Below, one piece after another: positions 40,453 through 51,600 of a DNA stretch of 64,000 bases. Source of the stretch: Candidatus Latescibacterota bacterium (lineage in GTDB: Bacteria > Latescibacterota > UBA2968); assembly GCA_965208125.1 (NCBI GenBank), contig OZ242320.1, positions 3,392,001-3,456,000 on the forward strand. Reading direction: 5' to 3'. How positions within the stretch are numbered: position 1 is the first letter of the stretch; each line of letters starts with the position of its first letter. The position numbers and the translations under genes were made by a program. Below the pieces are notes generated by a model. That model was not told the DNA's origin, searched no databases, and saw only the letters and a program-made list of their open reading frames with translations.

Positions 40453-41994
40453 ATGCACCTGAGTTGGATTGACTATGCCATAGTTCTCGTATATGTCGGC
40501 GGCACCATCGTCGCTGGCACGTTGGCGCGAGGAGCCATCAAGGGCATCTCCGACTTCCTCGTCGCTGGCCGCGGTCTCAAAATCCACATGGCCGTCGCCA
40601 CTATGGTCTCAACCGGTCTCGGGCTGGTTACGGTCATGTACATGGCCGAAGAGGGCTTTAAATACGGCTTTGTGCCCTTCGTCTTTGGCCTCATGGCCCT
40701 GATCACCACCCTGATCATCGGCCGCACGGGCTTCATCGTCAGCCGCTTGCGCCATTTGCAGGTGATGACCGTGCCCGAATTCTACGAACTCAAGTACACG
40801 CGCGGCGTACGCCTGCTCGGCGGCATCATCCTCACCCTCGCCGGTACCCTCAACATGGGGCTGTTTCCCATCCTCGGCAGCAAGTTCGTCGTCGGCTTCA
40901 CCGGCCTCGACAAGGAATACGTCAACTACGTCATGATCGGCATGTTGCTCATCGTCGTCTTCTACACGCTGATGGGCGGCATGGTCTCGGTGGTGCTGAC
41001 GGACTTCGCTCAGTTCGTGCTGCTGGCGCTGGGGTTTTTCTTCGGCACGTATGTCATTCTCAATCATCCGCAACTCGGCTGGGACAACCTCGTCCAAGCC
41101 GTGCAAATCTACAAAGGCGATATCGGCTTTGACCCCATAGCCAATCCCGGCTATGGCATCTCAATGATCTTATTTCTTTTCTGCGTCGGCCTGGTCGGCG
41201 TGGTCTGGCAACCCGAAATGATGCGGCCGCTGAGTGCCGAAAGCCCCAAGGTGGCCCGCCGCGTATTCTGGATTTCCTCTGCCACAGTCATGGGGCGGGC
41301 GATGGTGCCGATGTTTTGGGGCATCGCGGCACTGGCCTATTTTGGTAACCCCGAACTCGACCCCCACTACGCCATGCCCGAAATGCTCGGCAAAATTCTG
41401 CCTCTGGGCATCGCTGGCCTGCTCATGGCCGGGATGTTCGCGGCCTTCATGTCCACCCACGACAGCTATCTGCTGGCCTGGAGTGGCGTCATCGTCCGCG
41501 ATGTGGTCTCGCCGATCAAGGCCATGCTCGCAAAATCGAGCGGCGAGCGCGAAGCAGACGGAACCTGGGGCGGGCTGTCGAGCGAGCGCGAGATCTACTG
41601 GACCCGGGCTATCGTCGTCATCCTCGCTACCTTCTTGGCCATTTTCGGCGCGCTCTACCAGCTTCCCGAGACGGCCTTCCGCTTTATGTACGTCACAGGC
41701 AGTATCTACTTCTCCGGCTGCGTCGGCACCGTAGCTCTGGGTCTGTACTGGAAAAAGGCCAATACTCCAGGTGCGTACTGTGCCCTGATCCTGGGTGCGC
41801 TGGTGCCACTCAACTTCCTGATTATGACCGAAAACCAGCATGTGGTGCCCGAGTTTTTGTTGCCACTGGTCGAAAACTCCAACCTCGTCGGGATTACCAG
41901 CCTGGCCCTGGGCGGCCTCGCCATGCTGGTCGTTGCCTCGCTCACGCAGCGCTCGCACCCGCCGCGACCTTTAGATTTTAGCAACATGGAGTAG
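40453..41994 (+). CDS. Sodium:solute symporter (SSS) family transporter
   Basis: FLVAGR, YTLMGGMVSVVLTD and AAFMSTHDS motifs; many TM segments. ATG at 40453 after GGAG. Confidence 0.9.
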   Translation: MHLSWIDYAIVLVYVGGTIVAGTLARGAIKGISDFLVAGRGLKIHMAVATMVSTGLGLVTVMYMAEEGFKYGFVPFVFGLMALITTLIIGRTGFIVSRLRHLQVMTVPEFYELKYTRGVRLLGGIILTLAGTLNMGLFPILGSKFVVGFTGLDKEYVNYVMIGMLLIVVFYTLMGGMVSVVLTDFAQFVLLALGFFFGTYVILNHPQLGWDNLVQAVQIYKGDIGFDPIANPGYGISMILFLFCVGLVGVVWQPEMMRPLSAESPKVARRVFWISSATVMGRAMVPMFWGIAALAYFGNPELDPHYAMPEMLGKILPLGIAGLLMAGMFAAFMSTHDSYLLAWSGVIVRDVVSPIKAMLAKSSGEREADGTWGGLSSEREIYWTRAIVVILATFLAIFGALYQLPETAFRFMYVTGSIYFSGCVGTVALGLYWKKANTPGAYCALILGALVPLNFLIMTENQHVVPEFLLPLVENSNLVGITSLALGGLAMLVVASLTQRSHPPRPLDFSNME

Positions 41995-41998
41995 TGCA

Positions 41999-42178
41999 AT
42001 GGACGTCGAAACATGGAAAATCTTCTGGCAATTCGTCTTTATCGTCGCTAGCGTCCTCTTTTACGGCATTGTCATCGCCGTCGCCTGCAAGGGCTTTGGC
42101 GATGTGGTCCAGATGATCCGCAACATGGCTGCCGGTCGCGGGGCCAGCGAATCCGCCTCAGACTCCCAGCACGAGTGA
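41999..42178 (+). CDS. 59-aa single-TM membrane protein (absent from the ORF track)
   Basis: MDVETWKIFWQFVFIVASVLFYGIVIAVACKGFGDVVQMIRNMAAGRGASESASDSQHE; GGAG RBS; starts 4 bp after the SSS stop; same C-ending codon style. Confidence 0.75.
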   Translation: MDVETWKIFWQFVFIVASVLFYGIVIAVACKGFGDVVQMIRNMAAGRGASESASDSQHE

Positions 42179-42225
42179 CGCAGCGCATGTACTGGCGTTG
42201 CGCCAATTCAATCAAGGAAACCGCG

Positions 42226-42693
42226 ATGATCAATGCGACCTTATGCTATGTCAAAAATGGCAATAAAACGCTGATGCTGCACCGAGTGAAAAAGGAAAAT
42301 GACATACACGAGGGCAAATGGAATGGCCTGGGTGGCAAGATGGAAGCGGGCGAGACGCCAGAGGAATGCGTGATTCGGGAGGTGCGCGAAGAGAGTGGTC
42401 TGCGGATTCAAAACCCCGCTTTAAGAGGTGTGCTCACTTTTCCAAAATTTGATGGGATTAATGACTGGTTGGCGTTTGTGTTTACTGCGGAGATGTTCAC
42501 GGGTGAGTTGATTGATTCGAGTGAAGGTATCCTGAAATGGATTGACGACTCAGAGCTGCTTGATCTCAACCTTTGGGAAGGCGATAAAATTTTTTTGAAA
42601 TGGCTAAACCGAGATGCGTTTTTTTCGGGTAAATTTACGTATGAAAACAAGCGGTTGATCGATCACGATGTTGTGTTTCACACATTTATTTAA
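42226..42693 (+). CDS. NUDIX hydrolase, 8-oxo-dGTP diphosphatase-like (MutT/MutX)
   Basis: Nudix box GGKMEAGETPEECVIREVREESG. ATG at 42226 after AAGGA. Confidence 0.9.
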   Translation: MINATLCYVKNGNKTLMLHRVKKENDIHEGKWNGLGGKMEAGETPEECVIREVREESGLRIQNPALRGVLTFPKFDGINDWLAFVFTAEMFTGELIDSSEGILKWIDDSELLDLNLWEGDKIFLKWLNRDAFFSGKFTYENKRLIDHDVVFHTFI

Positions 42694-43543
42694 CTTTTTC
42701 TAAAACCCGCCGCAGATAAGCCGCGTCTTCTTTTGCCCAGGCTTCCAAATTTGGAGGCGATGTTTGCGCGTAACCAACTTGACGGATGATGGTTTCGTCA
42801 AATTTGTATTCGGTGTGGACGGATAAGGGTCCGTCAAATCCCATTTCGTGCAATAGCCCCAGGCAGCGATGCCAATCTACGCATCCTTCTCCTGCTTTTG
42901 TGAAGCAGGGACGATAGCGCGGTGTTTGACCTTCCGGTTGCTGTAGATAATACGCATCTTTAATTCCCACGACTGAGATATAATCCCGAACCATCGCCAA
43001 TCCCATTGCCCAGTCTTCTCCATCCAGTGCGAGATGTCCGAAATCGGGGTACGCGCCCACGTATTGCGGGTCAAAGCCTTTGATGAGGTGCATCAATCCC
43101 GCGCAGTTGCTTCCCAGACAAGGCCCGCTGTGAATCTGATAGCAGGTCTGTACGCCGTATTTTTCACTCAGGCGTACAATTTTTTTCAGATCTCTCCGCG
43201 CTGTATCTACGACCTGCCAGTAATCATCACCGGGCTGATATTTCCAGAATCCGATTTTGAGACGGGGAATTTCGGCTTCAGCGCAGGCGGTATAGTAATT
43301 TTCTATTTCTGGTGATTCTGGATCTATTAGTGTCACGGGCGCGGTTATCATAGGGCAGACCAGGTCCTGACCGCGCCAGATTTCGGCTGCTTTGGGCAAT
43401 GCCTCTATTATATTGTCTGCGTGAATGGGATGGCCCGGACGCACGCACAGGTCAATGCCGTCGTAGCCCAGTTCAATCGCTTTTTCGCCGAGTTCGGGCA
43501 CGGAATACTGCGCGAAAAATTTGGAGTTGATAATGAGGTCCAT
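42686..43543 (-). CDS. Sugar-phosphate isomerase/epimerase (xylose-isomerase-like TIM barrel)
   Basis: GYDGIDLCVRPG, DFGH, IKD and SVHTEY motifs. Confidence 0.82.
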   Translation of the reverse strand: MDLIINSKFFAQYSVPELGEKAIELGYDGIDLCVRPGHPIHADNIIEALPKAAEIWRGQDLVCPMITAPVTLIDPESPEIENYYTACAEAEIPRLKIGFWKYQPGDDYWQVVDTARRDLKKIVRLSEKYGVQTCYQIHSGPCLGSNCAGLMHLIKGFDPQYVGAYPDFGHLALDGEDWAMGLAMVRDYISVVGIKDAYYLQQPEGQTPRYRPCFTKAGEGCVDWHRCLGLLHEMGFDGPLSVHTEYKFDETIIRQVGYAQTSPPNLEAWAKEDAAYLRRVLEKVK

Positions 43544-43745
43544 TTGAATGATTCCTTATTTTTAAATGGGAAAATCGTACGTTTCATCTCCCAATCCGTA
43601 GGGCTTGAGGGAGATTTTGAGGATTCTCCTTGAAGGCCAGAGGGGCGCGATGGTCGGATCTCAGAACCAGTTTGATTTCTGACCACTGACCCATTATACT
43701 GCTTAAGCGGTCTATTAGGTAGTTAAAACGACAAGGGAAAATGAA

Positions 43746-44561
43746 ATGAATACGTTGAGCAAAGAAGATGTTGAGGCTTTCAGGGAGCAGGGATATCACG
43801 TTGCGCGAGGCGTGTTTGATGGGGATGAGATTGCGCGTTTGCGTGAGGGGTATGATTATATTTTTGAACTGGCAGCGCGGACAGATCTTCCCGATGCCAT
43901 TCTTCAGGGCAAAGACCGCGAGGTGCATATCCATTTGCAGACACCCGGGCCGATGGTTGGTCCAGGGGCTGTTCAGTATCTGCGAAAAGTCCAGTGGCCT
44001 TCTCTCATTCACCCCGCGTTTGAGAAGATTCGGAATAGTGCGAAGTTTCCCGCTCTGTTAGAGCCGTTGATAGGTACGTCGTTGAAGCAGTATATTAATC
44101 AGATTAATTTCAAGATGCCAGGGGGAGATATTCACTTTCCATGGCATCAGGATATCCGTCCCACACCGGCGTTTCGCGATCAGGTGAATAATTATGTGCA
44201 GACCATTATTGTGGTGGATGAGGCGACTGTTGCCAATGGTTGTTTGCACATTGTTCCCGGCAGTCACAGGTTGGGAAATTTGAAGGTGACGCGGTATGCA
44301 AAGGGCGAAGTTGAAGATCAGGTGGATGTGTCATCGGCTGTGCCTTGTGAGGCAATGCCAGGTGATGTGGTGATGTTTACGTCTTATACGGTTCACGGCT
44401 CGGCTCCGAATACGACGGATAAGCCGCGGCGTTCGTATATCAATGGTTTTGTCCGTGCTTCGGCGTGTGATGTGGGAAAGTGGGCATTTCTGGAAGGGAA
44501 ACCCGTTCCGATTACGAGTGATCGCGATTATCACGAGATTCGCTATGGGGCTGCCGGTTAA
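43746..44561 (+). CDS. Phytanoyl-CoA dioxygenase (PhyH) family Fe/2OG oxygenase
   Basis: PWHQD, NGCLHIVPGSH and VHGSAPN.T...RR motifs. Confidence 0.9.
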   Translation: MNTLSKEDVEAFREQGYHVARGVFDGDEIARLREGYDYIFELAARTDLPDAILQGKDREVHIHLQTPGPMVGPGAVQYLRKVQWPSLIHPAFEKIRNSAKFPALLEPLIGTSLKQYINQINFKMPGGDIHFPWHQDIRPTPAFRDQVNNYVQTIIVVDEATVANGCLHIVPGSHRLGNLKVTRYAKGEVEDQVDVSSAVPCEAMPGDVVMFTSYTVHGSAPNTTDKPRRSYINGFVRASACDVGKWAFLEGKPVPITSDRDYHEIRYGAAG

Positions 44562-44578
44562 ATAAAGAGAGGTTCACA

Positions 44579-45895
44579 ATGCGTACAGCAAAAGCCGGTT
44601 GGGCGCAGTTTGATTCAACGCCGCCACTGGGGCTGCCAATGGGCGGTCGAGGCCCGCGGTTTTCACCCGGGGCTGAGGTGCTCGATCCTCTGGTCGCGCA
44701 GGCGGTTGTTATTGAGGATCAAAAGGGCTATCGCACGGTCTGGATTTCGATTGATATGATTGGGATGACATGGCATGTGACGAGTCGTTTGCGCTGTGAG
44801 TTAGCTTCAATAACGGGTATTCCTTTTGAAGCGATTATTGTCAATTTTTCGCATACGCACAGCGGTCCCATGTCCGGGTTTGAGGGATATGCGACGACTG
44901 TATCTAAGCCAGCAGAACTCGAGGCTTATGAAACTGATTTGCTGTCTCGTACGGTGAAAATGGTGGTCGAAGCCATCGAGAATATGCGAGAAGTCTCTGT
45001 TTGCGTGTATCGCGGTACGTCTGAGATTGGGATTAACAGGCGCAGGCGGGGTGCCGATGGCAGTATGGGGATGAGGCCGAATCCAGATGGATATATGAAT
45101 CGGGATCTCTGGGTACTCGATCTCGCCGCAGAAGACGGTCGTTGTGTGCTGTTTAATTATGGATGCCATCCGGTGATGGTTTACGGTTTTGCATGGGATG
45201 GCATTTCTGCTGATTTTCCCGGAGTGTGTCGCAATCGATTGGTCGAATCTCTCGGTCCGAATACCCACGCGCAGTTTATTCAGGGGCTTGCCGGCAATAT
45301 TCGTCCGCGCCGCCTCGCGGGGGCAGACGCATTTCGCAAATCCACGCCAGAAGATGTTGTGGCGACGGGTACTCAACTCGCCGATGATGTTCTCTCGGCT
45401 ATGGATGCGGGCGGTGAATGGTTGGAATTGAATCTCAATTGCGTTTCGGGATTCGCGCTGGCGCCGCGCGATTGTGATGCGATTCCGCCTCTTGCTCATT
45501 GGAAAACACTTGCCAAAAGCGAGGCAGAACTGGAGCGCAATCTGGGTGCGTACTGGGTCGAGCGTTTGGGGTCTGGCATACCGCCTGCGCGATTTTTTCC
45601 CTGGGCGGTTGGTCTTATTCGCCTGACTGGGGATCACACCATCGCGTGGCTTGGCAACGAGGTTGTTGCGGAGTGGCTTCCTTTGCTGAGGACTTATCTC
45701 AATGATCCGAATCTCATTGCCTGGGGTTATTGTCAGGATGGGCGCAATTACATGCCGACAGACGCGCTTATCCCCGAGGGTGGGTACGAAGTTGATAGCG
45801 CGAATGCGTACACCAAAGCGGGTCCCGGTCCGTTTCAGGTTGGTATTAACGAGGTGACCGAGAAGACATTTCTCGAACTGGCCGTAAGGCTGTGA
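44579..45895 (+). CDS. Neutral/alkaline ceramidase-like hydrolase
   Basis: SHTHSGP, INRR, NYGCHP, ISADFPG and EGGYE motifs. Confidence 0.8.
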   Translation: MRTAKAGWAQFDSTPPLGLPMGGRGPRFSPGAEVLDPLVAQAVVIEDQKGYRTVWISIDMIGMTWHVTSRLRCELASITGIPFEAIIVNFSHTHSGPMSGFEGYATTVSKPAELEAYETDLLSRTVKMVVEAIENMREVSVCVYRGTSEIGINRRRRGADGSMGMRPNPDGYMNRDLWVLDLAAEDGRCVLFNYGCHPVMVYGFAWDGISADFPGVCRNRLVESLGPNTHAQFIQGLAGNIRPRRLAGADAFRKSTPEDVVATGTQLADDVLSAMDAGGEWLELNLNCVSGFALAPRDCDAIPPLAHWKTLAKSEAELERNLGAYWVERLGSGIPPARFFPWAVGLIRLTGDHTIAWLGNEVVAEWLPLLRTYLNDPNLIAWGYCQDGRNYMPTDALIPEGGYEVDSANAYTKAGPGPFQVGINEVTEKTFLELAVRL

Positions 45896-45898
45896 CGG

Positions 45899-46990
45899 TT
45901 AGTTTTGATTAGATCGTCTGCCTCGTCCGCGTCGCCGCTGTTCACGCCACCGTTCGTATGCCTCTTCGTCAAACTTGATAACGGGGACCTCACCTTCCCA
46001 TACATCGGCAATGATGGGCATGATGCGCGATGTTGCCAATTGGAAATCCCGTCCAAAAGGTCTCGGGTTTGGAAACCATTTCCACAGGAGAGCACCTGTG
46101 ATTCGCGGTTCGTTTTCAATGGCTTCGAGCGCGACGCGCCAGCACATTTCTTGTAAGGGGCGCGCGCCATCGTCATCCACGCGATATGTCCACGGTTCTG
46201 ACGCTGCTTTATAAGATTGGTTGTATCCCAATTCGGTAAATACGATGTTGCGATCTATCTTTTCAGCATAAGCTCGCAATTCTTTTACCAGACGATCCCA
46301 TCCACGGCGCAGGTCGGCCTCTGTGGGATTTTGATTTTTTGTTATCGGAAAATAGCCCTGAATACCGACCGCATCCAGAGCATCCCAGAATGGCACGCGC
46401 GTGTAATCCGACCAATTCGCCGCATAGGTGATCCGTCCTTTATATACTTTGCGCACATCTGCAATCAGGGCACGCCATTCGGCTTCGTGATGCAGGGTTT
46501 TGTCCAGTTCTGTTCCTATGACAAATGCATCGGCGTCTTTGCAGGCTTCTGCCACGGCCAGAATCCAGGCGCGATAATCCGCCCAGAAGCGCGCCCATTC
46601 TTCCTCAGAGCGAAACGCAATTTCGCCCCGCCACTCAAATCCCGACCGCCAGTATGCCAGATGGGGCTTGATGCAAATTTTCAATCCCCGTTTGTGGGCT
46701 TCTACTATTGGTCGCGTCCAGTGTGCGGGAGCCAATTCATCGGCGCCTTCAAATCGCCTTACTCTGACCGATCCATCCTGCGAAATGCCCGCATAGGGAT
46801 GGGTCGCCACCCAGTTTGCCCCCAGAATTTCAATATCCCGCAGCGTTGAAACCATTTCGTCACTCGCCCAATCTCGCCCACCTCCGTGCGTTGAAATCGT
46901 GATTCCCCGCATTGATGTATCATCGTCAAATGCATGGGGTTCAAACGCGGTTAATAAGCTGAATAATAGGATGGTGCAATAACGAGGCAT
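45899..46990 (-). CDS. GH113-like secreted glycoside hydrolase (TIM barrel)
   Basis: Signal peptide; IKPHL, IGTEL, ITYAANW and FTELGY motifs. Confidence 0.8.
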   Translation of the reverse strand: MPRYCTILLFSLLTAFEPHAFDDDTSMRGITISTHGGGRDWASDEMVSTLRDIEILGANWVATHPYAGISQDGSVRVRRFEGADELAPAHWTRPIVEAHKRGLKICIKPHLAYWRSGFEWRGEIAFRSEEEWARFWADYRAWILAVAEACKDADAFVIGTELDKTLHHEAEWRALIADVRKVYKGRITYAANWSDYTRVPFWDALDAVGIQGYFPITKNQNPTEADLRRGWDRLVKELRAYAEKIDRNIVFTELGYNQSYKAASEPWTYRVDDDGARPLQEMCWRVALEAIENEPRITGALLWKWFPNPRPFGRDFQLATSRIMPIIADVWEGEVPVIKFDEEAYERWREQRRRGRGRRSNQN

Positions 46991-47009
46991 GATGGCCTTT
47001 CATTTATGC

Positions 47010-47035
47010 AAAAAAGGCGCAGTGCGAACTGCGCC
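47010..47035 (-). terminator. Intrinsic terminator after gltD
   Basis: GGCGCAGT-tcgc-ACTGCGCC-TTTTTT on the minus strand. Confidence 0.8.
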
Positions 47036-47052
47036 CTCCTGCGGTCTGATTT

Positions 47053-47095
47053 GTTTTTATCCTGCTCATCCTTAAATCCTGCCCATCCTGATCCG
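47053..47095. repeat. ATCCT(G)-based short repeat
   Basis: atcctgctc atccttaa atcctgccc atcctg atcc read directly. Confidence 0.55.
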
Positions 47096-47098
47096 ATT

Positions 47099-48592
47099 TT
47101 ACGGCAGGTCGGTCGATCCCATAAGGTAGCGGTCTGCTTCGCGGGCAGCGCCGCGACCTTCTGCGAAGGCAAAGACAACGAGGCTCATGCCGCGACGCAC
47201 ATCGCCTGCGACAAAGAGGCCGGGAATTTTAGTGGTGAATTCGCCTTCGACAGCTTTGGCGTTGGATCGTTCGTCTCGTTCGAGTTCGAGTTCGTCCATA
47301 ATGGTATCTTCGGGGCCGAGCCAGCCCATGGATAGGAAGACGAGGTCGGCAGGCCATTCTTTTTCTGTGCCGGGCACTTCGCGGAAGGGCGCGCCGTTTT
47401 CTGCGGGTATCCATTCCACTTGCATGGTTTTTAATGCTTTGAGTGTGCCGTTTTCATCGCCGATAAATTCCGTGGTGCTGATGAGATATTCGCGTGGGTC
47501 TCTGCCAAAAATGGCGGCGGCTTCCTCTTGACCATAGTCCGTTTTGAAAATGAGTGGCATTTGCGGCCAAGGGTTGCTGTCAGTGCGCGTTTTGGGCGGT
47601 TCGGGAATAATGTCGAACTGGTACAGACTTTTGCAGCCGTGGCGCATTGCCGTGCCCACGCAGTCCGTACCCGTGTCCCCTCCGCCGAGCACGATAACGT
47701 GTTTGTCTTTGGCGTTTATATAATTGCCGTCTTCATGGTTGGAGTCGAGCAGGCTTTTGGTGTTTTTGTGCAAATACTCAATGGCCTGATGCACGCCTTT
47801 AAGTTCGCGGCCTTTGATCGGCAGGTCGCGGGGCTTGAGTGCGCCAATGCAGAGCACGACCGCGTCGTATTCATTGAGGAGATCTTTTGCCAGCAGGTCT
47901 TTGCCAATTTCTGTATTGGTGATAAACTCGATGCCCGATTCGATCATAAGGTCAATGCGGCGTTGCACAACTTCTTTTTTGTCGAGTTTCATGTTGGGAA
48001 TGCCGTACATGAGCAATCCGCCAATGCGGTCAGACCGCTCGTACACGGTGACTTTGTGCCCGGCTTTGTTGAGTTGTGCGGCGCAAGAGAGCCCTGCGGG
48101 ACCTGAACCCACGACAGCCACGCGCTTGCCCGTGCGCTTTTCGGGTATATCGGGTGTGACCCAGCCTTCTTCCCAGCCTTTGTCAATGATGGAGACTTCG
48201 ATGTTTTTGATGGTGACGGCAGGTTCTGTCATGCCCAGTACGCAGGAACCCTCGCAGGGAGCGGGACAGACGCGACCTGTAAATTCGGGAAAGTTGTTGG
48301 TCTTGTGTAATCGCTCGAGGGCTTCTTGCCATAGGCCGCGATACACGAGGTCATTCCACTCGGGGATGAGGTTGTTGATGGGACATCCAGAAGGAAAGGG
48401 TGTGGATTCGGGCAGGCGCACGCCGGTATGGCAAAAGGGTATGCCACAGTCCATACACCGCGCACCCTGTTCACGAAGTTTTTCATCGGGGTGATGATGG
48501 TGAAATTCTTTCCAGTCTGCGATGCGCTGTGCGGGGTCTCTATCGGCCGGAAGTTCTCGCTGAAATTCCATGAATCCGGTCGGTTTTCCCAT
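47099..48592 (-). CDS. gltD: Glutamate synthase small subunit
   Basis: [32 protein letters not shown] and GGGDTG motifs. Confidence 0.96.
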   Translation of the reverse strand: MGKPTGFMEFQRELPADRDPAQRIADWKEFHHHHPDEKLREQGARCMDCGIPFCHTGVRLPESTPFPSGCPINNLIPEWNDLVYRGLWQEALERLHKTNNFPEFTGRVCPAPCEGSCVLGMTEPAVTIKNIEVSIIDKGWEEGWVTPDIPEKRTGKRVAVVGSGPAGLSCAAQLNKAGHKVTVYERSDRIGGLLMYGIPNMKLDKKEVVQRRIDLMIESGIEFITNTEIGKDLLAKDLLNEYDAVVLCIGALKPRDLPIKGRELKGVHQAIEYLHKNTKSLLDSNHEDGNYINAKDKHVIVLGGGDTGTDCVGTAMRHGCKSLYQFDIIPEPPKTRTDSNPWPQMPLIFKTDYGQEEAAAIFGRDPREYLISTTEFIGDENGTLKALKTMQVEWIPAENGAPFREVPGTEKEWPADLVFLSMGWLGPEDTIMDELELERDERSNAKAVEGEFTTKIPGLFVAGDVRRGMSLVVFAFAEGRGAAREADRYLMGSTDLP

Positions 48593-48606
48593 AAATACTC
48601 CTTTTT

Positions 48607-51600
48607 TCAGGCTTCAACTTCTACGCCGCGGCGGAATGCTTCAAGCCATGCATCTTCGCCTTTCAAACCCTCTTGTTGCGCGGTTTCATAAGCAGAGAGA
48701 ATGCGCTTGTAGGGTTTGGGGAAGACTTTGACAAATTTGGGCAACATGTCATCCCAATGGACGAGGATGTGTTGCGCCACGCTGCTCTCGGTGTAGTCGG
48801 CGTGTTTGGTGATCATGCTTTTGAGTTCTTCAATGTCTTCGTCGTTTTGGACGGGTTCGAGATCGACGAGTTCGGGATTGCAGCGTATGTGGAAATCGCC
48901 GTCTTCGTCGAGGACATAAGCTATGCCACCGGACATGCCGGCTGCAAAGTTGCGCCCGGTTTTGCCCAAAATGACGGCCATCCCACCTGTCATATACTCA
49001 CAACCGTGATCGCCAACGCCTTCGACGACTGCGCTAACGCCAGAGTTGCGCACGCAGAAGCGTTCGCCCGCTTGACCGCGGATAAAGGCTTGCCCATTGG
49101 TTGCACCGTAGAAGGATACGTTGCCGATGATGATGTTGTCTTCGGCTTGAAAGGTGGATCCCTTGCGCGGATAGACAATCAGTTTGCTGCCGCACAGGCC
49201 CTTGCCAAAGTAGTCATTGGCGTCGCCTTCGAGGCGGAAGGTGATGCCCGGCGGGGTAAAGGCTGCAAAAGATTGTCCGGCCGATCCCTCAAAGGTGATG
49301 TCAACGGTGTCTTCGGGCAGGCCATCGGGTCCGAATCTGCGCGTGATTTCGCTACCGAGGATGGTGCCGACCACGCGGTTGGTATTTTTGATGTCGAATT
49401 TCGCGCGCACTTTGCTGCCATCCTTGAGGGCGGGTTCGCAAAGTTCGAGCAGGATCTGGTTGTCCATCGCGTTTTCGAGGCCGTGATCCTGCTCAATCTG
49501 GCAATAACGGCCAATGTTGGGATCGGCGTCTGGTTTTTCGAGAATGGGGGAAAGATCCAGATATTTCGCTTTCCAGTGATCGGTTTTTGCCTGGTGGAGC
49601 AGGTCGGTGCGACCGATGAGTTCATCGATGGTGCGCACGCCGAGTTGCGCCATTATTTCGCGCATGTCCTGTGCGATAAAACGCAAGAAATTGACGACCT
49701 GGTCGGGATCACCCATGAACTTTTTGCGCAGTTCGGGATGCTGCGTGGCCACACCCACAGGGCAGGTGTCGAGGTGGCAAACGCGCATCATAATGCAGCC
49801 CATGGCGACGAGTGCTGTGGTGGCAAATCCAAATTCTTCGGCACCGAGCAGGGCTGCAATAATCACATCGCGTCCGGTTTTGAGTTGTCCGTCGGTCTCG
49901 ACTATGATGCGCGATCTCAGATTGTTGAGTACCAGGGTCTGGTGGGTTTCGGCAACGCCGAATTCCCAGGGCAAACCGGCGTGTTTGATGCTGGTTTGCG
50001 GCGATGCGCCGGTACCGCCGTCGAGGCCTGAGATGAGTACCACATCGCCGTGGCCTTTGGATACGCCCGCTGCGACGATGCCGACATTGATTTCTGCGAC
50101 GAGTTTGACGTTAATTCTGGCATGATGGTTGGCGTTTTTGAGATCGTGAATGAGTTGCGCCAGATCTTCGATGGAATAAATATCGTGATGCGGCGGCGGT
50201 GAAATGAGTTCTACACCCGGTGTGGAGTGCCGAACTGAGGCAATCCACGGATACACTTTATTACCGGGCAATTCGCCGCCTTCACCAGGCTTGGCACCTT
50301 GCGCCATTTTGATCTGCAATTCTTTGGCATTGACCAGATAATTGCTGGTGACGCCAAAGCGTCCAGAAGCCACTTGTTTGATGGCACTGTTTTTAGAATC
50401 GCCATTGGGTTCGAGGGTATAACGCGCCGGGTCTTCGCCGCCTTCGCCAGTGTTGCTTTTGCCACCGAGACGATTCATCGCGATGGCGAGTGCTTCATGC
50501 GCCTCTTTAGATATCGATCCATAGGACATGGCGCCAGACTTAAATCGCCTGGTGATTGCTTCGACGGGTTCAACTTCGTCGATGGGAATGGGTTCGTTGG
50601 CATAGTTGAAGTCCAGGATACCGCGCAGAGTTGCCAGATTTTTGGCCTGTTGATCGATGAGAGTGGCGTATTCTTTGTACACTGCGTAATCGTTGGTGCG
50701 CGTGGCGTGCTGGAGTTTGTGAATTGTAAGGGGATTAAAGAGGTGATATTCCCCGCCTTGTCGCCACTGAAAATGTCCGCCGACGTCGAGGGTGCTGCCG
50801 TTGACTGAAATTTGGGGATACGCATCGCGATGCCGCATCAGGGCTTCTCGGGCAATGACATTGAGGCCAATGCCGTCTATGCGGGAATCTGTCCAGGTAA
50901 AGTATTGGTCAATGACGTTTTTTGAAATGCCAACTGCTTCAAAAATTTGAGCACCCCGATAGGACTTGATGGTGGAGATGCCCATTTTGGCCATGACTTT
51001 GACTACGCCTTTGGTCGCGGATTTGACATATCCTTTGACCGCATCGCGGTAGGCAATATCGGTCAATTGTTTTTCAGCGATCATGTCGGCGAGGCTTTCA
51101 TAAGCCATATAGGGATTGATCGCCTGAGCGCCATAGCCGATGAGCAAGCAGAAGTGATGCACTTCGCGGGGTTCACCCGTTTCGAGGGCAATCCCGACTT
51201 TGGTGCGCGTACCTTCTCGGATGAGGTGGTGGTGGAGACCGCTCATGGCCAGGAGCGCGGGAATGGGGGCACGATCTTTGTCAACACCGCGGTCTGAAAG
51301 AATCAGAATGGTATAACCGCCTTCAATGGCTTTGTCGGCTTCTGCACACAATTTATGCATGGCTTTTTCGAGGCCGGCTTCACCATCGGCCACATTGAAG
51401 AGCATAGGAATGGTGGTGGCTTTGAGGCCTGGGCGGTCAACGCCGCGCAATTGCTCGAGTTCTTCATTGGTCAAGACGGGCGTATCGAGATGGATTTGTC
51501 TGCAACTTTCGGGTTCGGGAATTAGCAGATTGCGCTCGGGACCAATGGTGGCGTCAGCCGAGGTGATAACCTCTTCTTTGAGGGGATCGAGAGGTGGATT

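Noticed and set aside
48673-50031. 452-aa ORF antisense to gltB (also 52393..53397)
   Set aside because: Shadow ORF opposite a highly conserved gene; no motifs; explained by codon bias.
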